From Gammaproteobacteria bacterium (GTDB taxonomy: Bacteria; Pseudomonadota; Gammaproteobacteria; Steroidobacterales; JABDLF01), in contig JABDLF010000002.1 in NCBI GenBank assembly GCA_013003115.1, positions 4,186 through 68,185 of the forward strand: a stretch of DNA of 64,000 nt, read 5' to 3'. Below the pieces are notes generated by a model that saw nothing but the letters and a program-made list of their open reading frames with translations, was not told where the DNA came from and made no database searches. The position numbers and the translations under genes were made by a program. Below, one piece after another: positions 47,838-56,394 of this stretch (position 1 is its first letter; the number at the start of each line of letters is the position of its first letter).

Positions 47838-48791
47838 ATGATCTCGCATCCAGACCGAACCGGGCTTATTGCCCTGCTGGGACCTCAGTCTCAGACCGCA
47901 AGCGTTGCGATGGCAGTGAACGCGCTCGGGGTTGATGGAAGCATCGGGGCAATCACGGCGGGCTGGCGCGACGCGGAAGGCGACATCGGGGAGCTGACCG
48001 AGCACCTGGGCGTCGAAGTCACAGACCTCGCCGTCTACGAACGTGTAGAGAAAATTTTTGCACTCGACGTCAGTCTGTTCCGGGCGCACCGCAAGCGCCA
48101 GGATATTCTTAAGCAGCTGCAGCGCCTTTACCGCGTGCGTCTGCGCTCCGGCGCAGATGCCTGCTACCGCCTCATGAAGCGAAGCGAAGATGCGGAACTC
48201 GTGCGCCTGCAGCTTCGAGGGGCGATCAGCCAGCTTCGCGCACTGGACCGGTTTCATTCTCGTCAAATCGCGAAGGTGCACAGCGAATTTGAAAAAGAGG
48301 TTGCGCTGGCTGAGCGGCCGGCCGTGCGGGAGCACCGATCAGAGATCGCCGAACAACTTAGCAGTCTCGGCGCTGTGCTTATCGCCGGCGGTCACGTCGC
48401 CGTGCTCGCGAGCCGTTTGCGTTTGCTCGGCATGCGCGAGCTGCTTGCCGGCCACGCGCTCATTGGCTGGTCAGCCGGTGCCATGATCATGACCGACCAG
48501 CTGGTTCTTTTTCACGACAAGGCACCCCAGGGCCGACGCGAGCCCGAGCTGCTGGATGTCGGGCTTGGAAGAGCGTCAAGGATTGTCGCACTTCCGGCAG
48601 CTACCCAAAGGTTGGATCTGGGGCAAGACGATCACCTCGCCCTGATGGCCCGACGATTTGCTCCCGCCAGCTGCCTGGCGCTGGATGAGAGTGACTGGAT
48701 TGCATGGAGCCACGACCGTCTGCTGGCAGCCCGCGGCGTCCGGCGCATAAAACGAAATGGCGTTCTTGCAGGAGTCAATGCCGGTGCATGA
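47838..48791 (+). CDS. Peptidase S51 / class-I glutamine-amidotransferase-like protein with coiled-coil insertion (tentative)
   Basis: 317 aa. The segment VLIAGGHVAVL ... LIGWSAGAMIM resembles the GGN ... GxSAGA nucleophile elbow of cyanophycinase and peptidase E. Residues ~70-165 are R/Q/E-rich and helical-looking. The family call rests on short motifs only. Confidence 0.5.
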   Translation: MISHPDRTGLIALLGPQSQTASVAMAVNALGVDGSIGAITAGWRDAEGDIGELTEHLGVEVTDLAVYERVEKIFALDVSLFRAHRKRQDILKQLQRLYRVRLRSGADACYRLMKRSEDAELVRLQLRGAISQLRALDRFHSRQIAKVHSEFEKEVALAERPAVREHRSEIAEQLSSLGAVLIAGGHVAVLASRLRLLGMRELLAGHALIGWSAGAMIMTDQLVLFHDKAPQGRREPELLDVGLGRASRIVALPAATQRLDLGQDDHLALMARRFAPASCLALDESDWIAWSHDRLLAARGVRRIKRNGVLAGVNAGA

Positions 48792-49920
48792 AAGTCTTCG
48801 CAATCTGATGCGCAAGGGTGCGCCCAGCCCGGATAAAGTCGAAAAATTTATTGCCGGGCACAGCTTTCCCATGGTCGCCGGCACCGACGTGACTTTCGTA
48901 TACCATGGCGATGCCGATGAGGTTTTCTTACGGCACTGGATTTTTGGTTTGCGTACTGCCCAGCCGCTGCAGAGACTTGCTGACACCCGGCTTTGGGCTG
49001 TCACCATTGAGCTCCCGGCCGAATCGCGAATTGAATACAAGTACGAGGTGATAGCAGGCGGCAACCGGCGCCTTGAGATGGATAGCCTCAATCCCTATCT
49101 GGCGCGCGATCCGTTCGGTGCCAATTCGGTTTGCCGTGGCTATCGTTATCAGCGCCCCGAGTGGACCATGCCCGACACGACGAGCAGGCAGGGCCAGTTC
49201 ACCCGCATGGCGGTGCAGAGCACGAGCTTTGGCGACACAAGGGAGATAGATATTTACCTGCCGGCACGTTACCGGAGCTCAAGACGCTATCCGTTGCTTA
49301 TCGTGCACGACGGTCATGATTACCTGCAATACTCGGACCTGCGCATAGTGCTGGATAATCTCATTCATCGGCTCGAGATTCCGCCCATGATCGTCGCGCT
49401 CACGACCTCGCCCGATCGGCTTAAGGAATACTCAGGTGACGAGCGCCACGCCAATTTTATTTGCAAGGAACTGCTGCCCGAGCTGTTGCGCGAGCTACCC
49501 ATAAGTGATGAGCCGCAGTCGCGCGCTCTGATGGGGGCCAGCTTTGGTGCGGTTGCCACCCTGCATGCCGCCTGGCGCAACCCTGGTTGTTTTGACCGCC
49601 TCCTCCTGCAGTCGGGCTCATTCGCTTTCAGCGACATCGGTGATCACGATCGCAGCGCGGCATTTGACCCCGTTGTGCGGTTCGTGAACAAATTCAGGGA
49701 CGACCCGGGACAGCCCGCGCAGAAAATCTACATGAGCTGCGGCGTCTATGAGTCCCTCATTTACGAGAACCGATCCATGGTGCCGTTGCTGCAGGCCCAT
49801 GAGATGCAGGTACGCTACGAGGAAGTGCGCGATGCGCACAACTGGGAAAACTGGCGCGACCGGATGCGGATGGGTCTGTCGTGGCTCTTTCCCGGCCCGC
49901 TGTGGATGGTTTACGAGTAA
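48778..49920 (+). CDS. Esterase (PF00756-like alpha/beta hydrolase) with N-terminal E-set/CBM48-like beta-sandwich
   Basis: The N-terminus (VTFVYHGDADEVFLRHW ... RLWAVTIELPAESRIEYKYEV ... DSLNP) has the pattern of CBM48/enterochelin-esterase N-domains. The catalytic part has YPLLIVHDGHDY and a GASFG nucleophile elbow. The ATG at 48778 follows GGAG and overlaps the upstream stop by 14 nt. Confidence 0.72.
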   Translation: MPVHESLRNLMRKGAPSPDKVEKFIAGHSFPMVAGTDVTFVYHGDADEVFLRHWIFGLRTAQPLQRLADTRLWAVTIELPAESRIEYKYEVIAGGNRRLEMDSLNPYLARDPFGANSVCRGYRYQRPEWTMPDTTSRQGQFTRMAVQSTSFGDTREIDIYLPARYRSSRRYPLLIVHDGHDYLQYSDLRIVLDNLIHRLEIPPMIVALTTSPDRLKEYSGDERHANFICKELLPELLRELPISDEPQSRALMGASFGAVATLHAAWRNPGCFDRLLLQSGSFAFSDIGDHDRSAAFDPVVRFVNKFRDDPGQPAQKIYMSCGVYESLIYENRSMVPLLQAHEMQVRYEEVRDAHNWENWRDRMRMGLSWLFPGPLWMVYE

Positions 49921-49976
49921 AATCCGGGTATTATTCTTTCAAGCGGCCGATTCGAAACCGTAAGGGCAAATAACCA

Positions 49977-51221
49977 ATGGCCAACATCACAAGAAAAATC
50001 GGTTTATCTCTGGGCGCGGATATCTGCTGGCCCATTTGCTACGAGGAAATACTTAAGCGGCTCGACCTCCATATCGACCATGAAGGCGATACGCTTAGTT
50101 TCGAATCGTCGCGCGTGACAATTGAGCCGTTTTCCCTGCGACAGAGTTGTCAGTATGAAGTCGTTATAGATCGGCTGACCCACTGGTATCACACCAGCCG
50201 CGAATGGATTAAAAAATCCATCGTCATGGATGACCTTTACGTATTTAATAACCCATGGACACTACAGTCCATGGAAAAACACACCAGCTATTGCGCGATG
50301 ATGAGGCTCGGCATGTCAGTGCCTGACACCTGGCTCATACCGCCAAAGTCCTATCTGGAGACCCCGGACCTTCAGCCCACGCTGTCCCGCTATGCGCGCC
50401 TGTTTGACATCGGGAAAGTCGGGGAGTCTCTGGGCTACCCCATATTCATGAAACCCTATGACGGGGGCGCCTGGGTGGGCGTCAGCAAAATTGACGACAG
50501 CGAAACTTTGTCCAATGCCTATGACGAAAGCGGGACCCGCGTGATGCATCTGCAGAAAGCCGTCATTCCATTCGATTGCTTTGTGAGATGCGTAGGCCTT
50601 GGCCCGCAGGTGCGTATCGTCAATTACAAGCCGGACGCCCCGCTCCACGATCGCTACGGAATGGAAGAAAATTTCATAAGCACCAAAGAAGAGAAATACC
50701 TGCGGGATATGACGCTGGTCATCAATGCGTTCTTTGGCTGGGATTTCAATTCCTGCGAGGCTCTGAGGAATGACGGAAAATGGAATCCCATTGACTTTGC
50801 GAATGGCTGTCCGGATTCACAGGTTACTTCTCTGCACTATCACTTCCCGTGGCTGATCAAAGCAAACCTGAAATGGTCCATTTTTTGCGCTGCTACTCGT
50901 CGTAATATGCGACTAAACCTGGACTGGCCGGAATATTTCGAAATTGCCGACAGCGACATGAGCTTCGAAGACAAGCTTGCGCGCTACGTAGCAAAAGCCG
51001 ACCAGCGATTTGAAACAGATCGCTTCGAAGAATTCTGCGCAACACATCTTTCTCATCTGGACGACGTGGCCGACGAGTTTTTCGGAAGCGAATTAGCCAT
51101 GGATGCCGTGCGGCAAAAAGTCGAGGCGCTGTTCCCTGCCCACGAGATTGACGAGTTCACGGCACTGTTCTGGCAACGCATCCAGGACTCTCGCAAGGCC
51201 GGGGCCGGCACTCATGTCTGA
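49977..51221 (+). CDS. Divergent ATP-grasp (RimK/glutathione-synthetase-like) protein with helical C-terminal extension
   Basis: 414 aa. The central region (KHTSYCAMMRLGMSVPDTWLIP ... GYPIFMKPYDGGAWVGVSKIDD ... MHLQKAV) fits the ATP-grasp phosphate-binding/B-loop pattern. It is unrelated in detail to the three paralogues. Confidence 0.55.
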   Translation: MANITRKIGLSLGADICWPICYEEILKRLDLHIDHEGDTLSFESSRVTIEPFSLRQSCQYEVVIDRLTHWYHTSREWIKKSIVMDDLYVFNNPWTLQSMEKHTSYCAMMRLGMSVPDTWLIPPKSYLETPDLQPTLSRYARLFDIGKVGESLGYPIFMKPYDGGAWVGVSKIDDSETLSNAYDESGTRVMHLQKAVIPFDCFVRCVGLGPQVRIVNYKPDAPLHDRYGMEENFISTKEEKYLRDMTLVINAFFGWDFNSCEALRNDGKWNPIDFANGCPDSQVTSLHYHFPWLIKANLKWSIFCAATRRNMRLNLDWPEYFEIADSDMSFEDKLARYVAKADQRFETDRFEEFCATHLSHLDDVADEFFGSELAMDAVRQKVEALFPAHEIDEFTALFWQRIQDSRKAGAGTHV

Positions 51222-51954
51222 CCTCGGTAAAGACGTCTTCAGCTGGTACTCACCCCACCTCGAGCAGGAGGTGAGGTTGGTGCGCTGGGGCCATTTTGGA
51301 AAGCCGGTGCTCCTTTTTCCTACCGCCGGCGGAGATGCGGAGGAAGTGGAGCGATTTCATCTTATCGGTGCCGTGGGTGACCTGATAACAAATGGCCGCG
51401 TCAAGATTTACTCTATCGACAGTGTGGCTGGCAAGACGTGGCTGTCGGGCGAGCACTCCCCCGAGTTTTGTTCGCGCGTTCAAAACCTCTTTGATATGCA
51501 CGTATACAAGGAAGTCGTGCCAGCAATCCGCAAAGACTGCGCATCATCTGACATTGAAATCATCGCAACAGGCGCGTCCATAGGGGCCTTTAACGCCGTG
51601 GCCAGCCTGTGCCGTCACCCTGATGCATTCAGCCTGGCAATCGGCATGAGCGGCACTTTCGATCTCTCGAAATACCTGCAAGGCCGAATGAACGATGACT
51701 TTTATTTCTCGTCACCGGTTCACTACTTGCCAGGCCTGCAGGAAGGTCCGCTGCTCGACGCGCTTCGCAAACGGCAGATTTTGCTGCCCACCGGCGAAGG
51801 CAGATGGGAAGACATCGGTGAATCATGGCGACTCGCCTCTATACTCGGCGAGAAAGGTATCCCGAATCGCGTCGACCCCTGGGGCGTTGACTACGATCAC
51901 AACTGGGTAACCTGGCGTGCGATGCTCCCGCGCTATCTTTCAGAATTCGCCTGA
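51214..51954 (+). CDS. Esterase family alpha/beta hydrolase (no N-terminal module)
   Basis: 246 aa from MSDLGKD, with PVLLFPTAGGD and a GASIGAFNAV nucleophile elbow. The start overlaps the upstream stop by 8 nt. Confidence 0.68.
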   Translation: MSDLGKDVFSWYSPHLEQEVRLVRWGHFGKPVLLFPTAGGDAEEVERFHLIGAVGDLITNGRVKIYSIDSVAGKTWLSGEHSPEFCSRVQNLFDMHVYKEVVPAIRKDCASSDIEIIATGASIGAFNAVASLCRHPDAFSLAIGMSGTFDLSKYLQGRMNDDFYFSSPVHYLPGLQEGPLLDALRKRQILLPTGEGRWEDIGESWRLASILGEKGIPNRVDPWGVDYDHNWVTWRAMLPRYLSEFA

Positions 51955-51959
51955 CTGTC

Positions 51960-53177
51960 TCAGCTGGCATAAATCTGCAGCTCGCTACCGACCCGATCTG
52001 CCATCGCCAGGGTGTCAGCCAATTCAGGATGGCGAAGCATAATAAAGCCATCTGACACCAGGGTCTGGCGCCAGTCGCGCCGGCGATTGCCGACACCGAG
52101 CAGCGTATTCCATACGACGTGCTGACCAAACGCTTCCTGAAGCGCGTCCAGCCCTTCGATGTGCCGAATCCGACCGTGCCCCTGTGCGCGCTTGTAAATG
52201 GTCGCAACGTTATACAGTCGCGATACGTCGAAATCGAAATCCTTGTCAGCCACTGCCGAGCCCCACGCTCTGAACACATCGAAGTCACAGGCGAATTTCA
52301 TCTGGTCCACCTGATGCGCCCCTGGTGGCCTGGCTCCGATTTCACCAAATACAACTTCTCCGTCAGCCTTGCGGTACCACTCCATGTGGGTAAACCCGGT
52401 TTCGAAATCCATGGCAGCGATGACTGCTTCGCCCATGCACAGACCATCTGCCAGGGCCTCATCCGTCACATCGCGCAGTGCTATCACCTGCGGGCTGATC
52501 CACTCGTTGCTTCGAGCAATGAGCGGGCGCGGACGATACCAGGCAACATTGTAATAGAGTATCTTGCCGTCCTGCGTGATCGTGTCAAAAGTGTATTCTT
52601 CGCCCTCAACAAACTCCTCAACGCTGACCAGCGGCACATGTCGAAGCTGCCCCAGGGCAGTACGAAGCTCATCCCGGTTATTGATCCGGTAAGTATCCGC
52701 TGAACCGGCACCGGCGATCGGCTTAATAATTATTGGGAAGCCAACCTGCTCAGCGGCCTCCCAGCAGGCAGCGGCCGAATCAGCAGCGAAATGTCGCGGC
52801 GTCCTGATCCCCGCCTCATCCAGCCTCTTTTTCATTGCTTCCTTGTCACGAAAGCACCGCGCCTGATCGGGGCGCATGCCAGGCACCGAAAATATTTCTC
52901 GCAGCTGGGCCGCGAGCATAATGCCCGGTTCCCACAGGCACTCGATGCGATCGAGGCTGCGCCCACTTAACTCTTGCCGAAGCCTCTCAGCTACCGCCTG
53001 CTCATCCCAGAGCGACGGCACGTGGATATAAGCCGCGAGATGCCTTCTCACAAGTTCCGGCAGCGCGCCGGAGTGCTGGTCGCCCACCCCGATCACCGTC
53101 GCGCCAGCCTCGCTCAGGCCGCGCGTAAACTCCGGCATATCCGCCGGATATCCGGGAGAAATCAGCAGTACGTTCAT
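51960..53177 (-). CDS. ATP-grasp domain protein, paralogue 2 of 3
   Basis: 405 aa from MNVLLISPGYP (AGAGGTG-like RBS upstream). Motifs: FRDKEAMK, GFPIIIKPIAGAGSA, HMEWY, GEIGARPPGA. It is the only minus-strand gene in the locus. Confidence 0.8.
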   Translation of the reverse strand: MNVLLISPGYPADMPEFTRGLSEAGATVIGVGDQHSGALPELVRRHLAAYIHVPSLWDEQAVAERLRQELSGRSLDRIECLWEPGIMLAAQLREIFSVPGMRPDQARCFRDKEAMKKRLDEAGIRTPRHFAADSAAACWEAAEQVGFPIIIKPIAGAGSADTYRINNRDELRTALGQLRHVPLVSVEEFVEGEEYTFDTITQDGKILYYNVAWYRPRPLIARSNEWISPQVIALRDVTDEALADGLCMGEAVIAAMDFETGFTHMEWYRKADGEVVFGEIGARPPGAHQVDQMKFACDFDVFRAWGSAVADKDFDFDVSRLYNVATIYKRAQGHGRIRHIEGLDALQEAFGQHVVWNTLLGVGNRRRDWRQTLVSDGFIMLRHPELADTLAMADRVGSELQIYAS

Positions 53178-53252
53178 CGTGTCGACACCTCTTGGCCGAG
53201 TAGCAAGCATGTACAATACACTCCCTGAAACCAATGTTCAGAAGAATCTAAA

Positions 53253-54728
53253 GTGCCTGAAAAAAACAGCCTGCGTATTCTAATGTGTGCCTCTGAGTTC
53301 GCGCCCCTGGCAAAAACCGGCGGTCTCGGCGACGTTACGGCTGCTCTAAGCGCCTACCTGCATCGCAGTGGTCATGATGTTCGCGTCCTGCTGCCGTTTT
53401 ACTCGTCGATCAAGACTGAAGGCTTGCAAGTATATCCCGTCGATTTCATGCAGGGCATCCAGGTCCGCCTGGGCGCGCACCAATTTTCCTGCGATGTCTA
53501 TGTCACCGAAATGCCCCGTGACGGCACGCCGGTTTATCTGCTGCACTGCCCGGCGCTGTACCATCGGGCAGGCATTTACACGGGCGGCGCCGACGAGCAC
53601 CTGCGCTTTATCATGCTCAATCGCATGGTTTTTGAGATGTGCCAGAGAATGGGCTGGGCACCTGACATTTTACATTGCAATGACTGGCACACCGCGCTTG
53701 TTCCGCTATACCACAAAGCGCTGTTTGACTGGGACAAACTTTTCAGTACGACACGCAGCCTGTTCAGCATTCATAACATCGGCTACCAGGGAACGGTAGG
53801 GACAGATGCGATGGAAGAACTCGGGTTGCAGGGCAAGGAAGGCCTGCTGCACCAGCAAGACCTGGCGGCGGGGCAAATCAATTTTATGCGCACCGGCATA
53901 CTTTATGCGGACGTCGTCGGCACTGTGAGCCCTACTTACGCCCGCGAGATCCAGACACCGGAATATGGCATGGGCATGGAAGAGATGCTCAGGGCCAGGG
54001 ATTCGTCAACCATCGGAATCCTTAATGGTGTGGACTACGATGATTGGAGCCCGCAGGCCGACAGTCTGATACCACGTAACTATGGTGCGGATGACATAGA
54101 GGGAAAGGAAGTCAACAAGCAGGTGCTCATGCGCGAGATGGGCATCGGTTATCAGCCTGGCGTACCGCTGCTTGGTCTGGTCGCAAGACTGACGGCACAA
54201 AAGGGTCTGGATCTGGTTGCAGAGGTCCTGCCCGCCCTGCTCAAGCGACGCAATTTTTCCTTTGTTGCTCTCGGCAGTGGCGAAGGCCGATATGCCGACT
54301 TCCTGTCGGAACTTCAGCGGAAATTTCCAGGGCGCGTCTGTTTCTACAGCGGATACAACAACAAGCTTGCCCACATGATTGAAGCGGGCGCCGACATGTT
54401 TCTGATGCCTTCCGCTTACGAGCCTTGCGGCTTGAATCAGATGTACAGCCTCAAATACGGCACCATCCCCATCGTGCGCAAGACCGGGGGACTGGCTGAC
54501 TCGGTACAGCTCTTCGACCCGTCGACGGGCAACGGCACAGGAATCGTGTTTCGGGATTACAACAAAGAAGGATTGTGGTGGGCCATCGATGCCGCTCTTA
54601 CGCTTTATCAGGACAAAAACGCCTGGAGCAAGATAATGGCTAACGCCATGGCCATGGACTTCAGCTGGGACAGGCAGGGCGCCGAATATGTACGCCTGTA
54701 TCGGGCCATGCTGGCTGCGCGTAACTAG
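53253..54728 (+). CDS. glgA: Glycogen synthase (ADP-glucose type)
   Basis: 491 aa with LRILMCASEFAPLAKTGGLGDV and C-terminal GT-B motifs (PSAYEPCGLNQMYSLKYGT, VRKTGGLADSV). A GTG start is needed to retain the first beta-strand. Confidence 0.92.
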   Translation: MPEKNSLRILMCASEFAPLAKTGGLGDVTAALSAYLHRSGHDVRVLLPFYSSIKTEGLQVYPVDFMQGIQVRLGAHQFSCDVYVTEMPRDGTPVYLLHCPALYHRAGIYTGGADEHLRFIMLNRMVFEMCQRMGWAPDILHCNDWHTALVPLYHKALFDWDKLFSTTRSLFSIHNIGYQGTVGTDAMEELGLQGKEGLLHQQDLAAGQINFMRTGILYADVVGTVSPTYAREIQTPEYGMGMEEMLRARDSSTIGILNGVDYDDWSPQADSLIPRNYGADDIEGKEVNKQVLMREMGIGYQPGVPLLGLVARLTAQKGLDLVAEVLPALLKRRNFSFVALGSGEGRYADFLSELQRKFPGRVCFYSGYNNKLAHMIEAGADMFLMPSAYEPCGLNQMYSLKYGTIPIVRKTGGLADSVQLFDPSTGNGTGIVFRDYNKEGLWWAIDAALTLYQDKNAWSKIMANAMAMDFSWDRQGAEYVRLYRAMLAARN

Positions 54729-54773
54729 ATAATTTGCAGGTGCGACTTTGCCGTCGCAATGGGACTCGACAAC

Positions 54774-55994
54774 ATGAACGTTATCTTTATTGAACCCTCA
54801 TTTCCCTATAACCAGCGCGAGTTCGTGCGCGCACTGCACGCCGTGGGTGCCAGGGTGATCGGCATCGGCGAGCGGCCCGCCGATTATCTCGACGACGAGG
54901 TGAAGGGTTGGCTCAGTCACTATGAGCAGGTGCGATCTGTGGTCCATGAGCCCTCGTTGCTGGCCGCCGTGCGGAAAATTCAAAGCATGGTCTGGGTCGA
55001 CCTGCTGGAGGCCACGGTAGAGGCGCATATTATGCCCGCGGCCAAGGTTCGGGAAGCCTGCGGCATACCTGGTACAAGCGTTAAAACGGCCTACCTGTGC
55101 CGCGACAAGCCAGCCATGAAGCAGGCATTGCGGGACGCCGGTGTTCCCTGCGCCCTGTCGACTCGCGCTACGGCACCCGAACATGTCTTGGCATTTGTCG
55201 CCAAGGCAGGTTTTCCAATTATTCTTAAGCCCTCGGCCGGTGCCGGTGCTTCGGGTACCTATAAAGTGAGCGATGAAGACGAACTCGGACCGGTAATGCA
55301 GGAATGCGGCTTGCATCATGGCAACGAGGTCGCTGTCGAAGAGTTTATCGAAGGTCACGAAGGATTTCTCGATACCATTTGTATCGACGGCGACGTCGCA
55401 CACGAGTTCATCACGCACTACTATCCCAATGTCCTGGTCGCTATGCGCGAGCGATGGATCTCACCTCAGATGGTCTGCACTAATCGCATGGACGCTGAAG
55501 GATATGATGACGTCAAGCGCATGGCACGCAAAGTAATCAGGGCGCTGGGAATCGGGACGTCGGCCACTCATATGGAATGGTTTTATGGTCCGAAAGGGCT
55601 CAAGTTTTCCGAAATCGGATGCCGGCCGCCCGGTGTCGGGCATTGGGATGTCTATAACGCTGCTAACGAGTTTGACACTTATGTGGAATGGGCCAGCGCC
55701 CTGGTTCAGGGTCGCCCGTTACAGTCACCTTCGCGACGATACGCATGCGGCATGATCGCACTCAGACCAGGTTGTGATGGTCACATAACAGGCTACGAGG
55801 GCGTGGAAGAAGTCAATCAGCGCTTCGGAGATTGCATCGTGCGTGCCAAGTTGCCGGAACCGGGCACTCCCACACAGCCGGTGGAAGCGGGCTACATGGC
55901 CAACGCCTGGATGCGGGTGCGTCATCCCGACTATGACACCCTGCGGGAAATACTGGATTTCATCGGACAGACAGTGAAAGTGCACGCCCGCTAG
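54774..55994 (+). CDS. ATP-grasp domain protein, paralogue 3 of 3
   Basis: 406 aa from MNVIFIEPSFP. Motifs: CRDKPAMK, GFPIILKPSAGAGAS, HMEWF, SEIGCRPPGV. The track ORF starts 15 nt earlier. Confidence 0.8.
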   Translation: MNVIFIEPSFPYNQREFVRALHAVGARVIGIGERPADYLDDEVKGWLSHYEQVRSVVHEPSLLAAVRKIQSMVWVDLLEATVEAHIMPAAKVREACGIPGTSVKTAYLCRDKPAMKQALRDAGVPCALSTRATAPEHVLAFVAKAGFPIILKPSAGAGASGTYKVSDEDELGPVMQECGLHHGNEVAVEEFIEGHEGFLDTICIDGDVAHEFITHYYPNVLVAMRERWISPQMVCTNRMDAEGYDDVKRMARKVIRALGIGTSATHMEWFYGPKGLKFSEIGCRPPGVGHWDVYNAANEFDTYVEWASALVQGRPLQSPSRRYACGMIALRPGCDGHITGYEGVEEVNQRFGDCIVRAKLPEPGTPTQPVEAGYMANAWMRVRHPDYDTLREILDFIGQTVKVHAR

Positions 55995-56020
55995 TACTCC
56001 CATTGCTTGCCTGCACCACG

Positions 56021-56049
56021 AAAAAGGGCCCGAATCGGGCCCTTTTTTT
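56021..56049. terminator. Bidirectional rho-independent terminator
   Basis: AAAAA-GGGCCCG-AAT-CGGGCCC-TTTTTTT: a perfect 7-bp GC stem flanked by an A-run and a T-run, between convergent genes (ATP-grasp on plus, cox subunit IV on minus). Confidence 0.8.
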
Positions 56050-56066
56050 GCCGCGTAAGACTGAAT

Positions 56067-56384
56067 TCAGTCTGAGAAAAGTTTCAGCCTCGTAAGAAAC
56101 GTGTAATCGGCCTCAACGCTCATCAATGCGACCAGAACCAGTAAACACAAAGGCGGCACCAGAATAGCGAAAATCAGCGACAGGCGCTCCCAGGCCATGT
56201 GCATGAATATGGCAATAATAAAGCCCGCCTTTAAAAACATGAAAAGCAGAATCAGGCTCCATCTCAGCATGCCCTGGAGCTGATAATAATCGACCATGTA
56301 GGAGAAGGCGCTGAGCACAAACAACAGCAGCCAGATCCACAGGTAAATACTAAGCGGGTGTTGCTGCCCTTCTGAATGCGCCAT
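56067..56384 (-). CDS. Cytochrome c oxidase subunit IV-like small membrane protein
   Basis: 105 aa from MAHSEGQQHP with three hydrophobic helices and an FMHM motif. It is the last gene of the cox string. The family assignment rests mainly on size and position. Confidence 0.6.
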   Translation of the reverse strand: MAHSEGQQHPLSIYLWIWLLLFVLSAFSYMVDYYQLQGMLRWSLILLFMFLKAGFIIAIFMHMAWERLSLIFAILVPPLCLLVLVALMSVEADYTFLTRLKLFSD

Positions 56385-56394
56385 GTGTCCGTCC

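Noticed and set aside
46602-55994. The ExG in place of the ExN Mg-binding motif (SEVGARPPG) in the three ATP-grasp paralogues, considered as a sign of inactivity.
   Set aside because: PurT/PurK-type ATP-grasp enzymes also have E-x-S/A-P-R at this position, so the deviation is a subfamily trait and not evidence of a dead enzyme.
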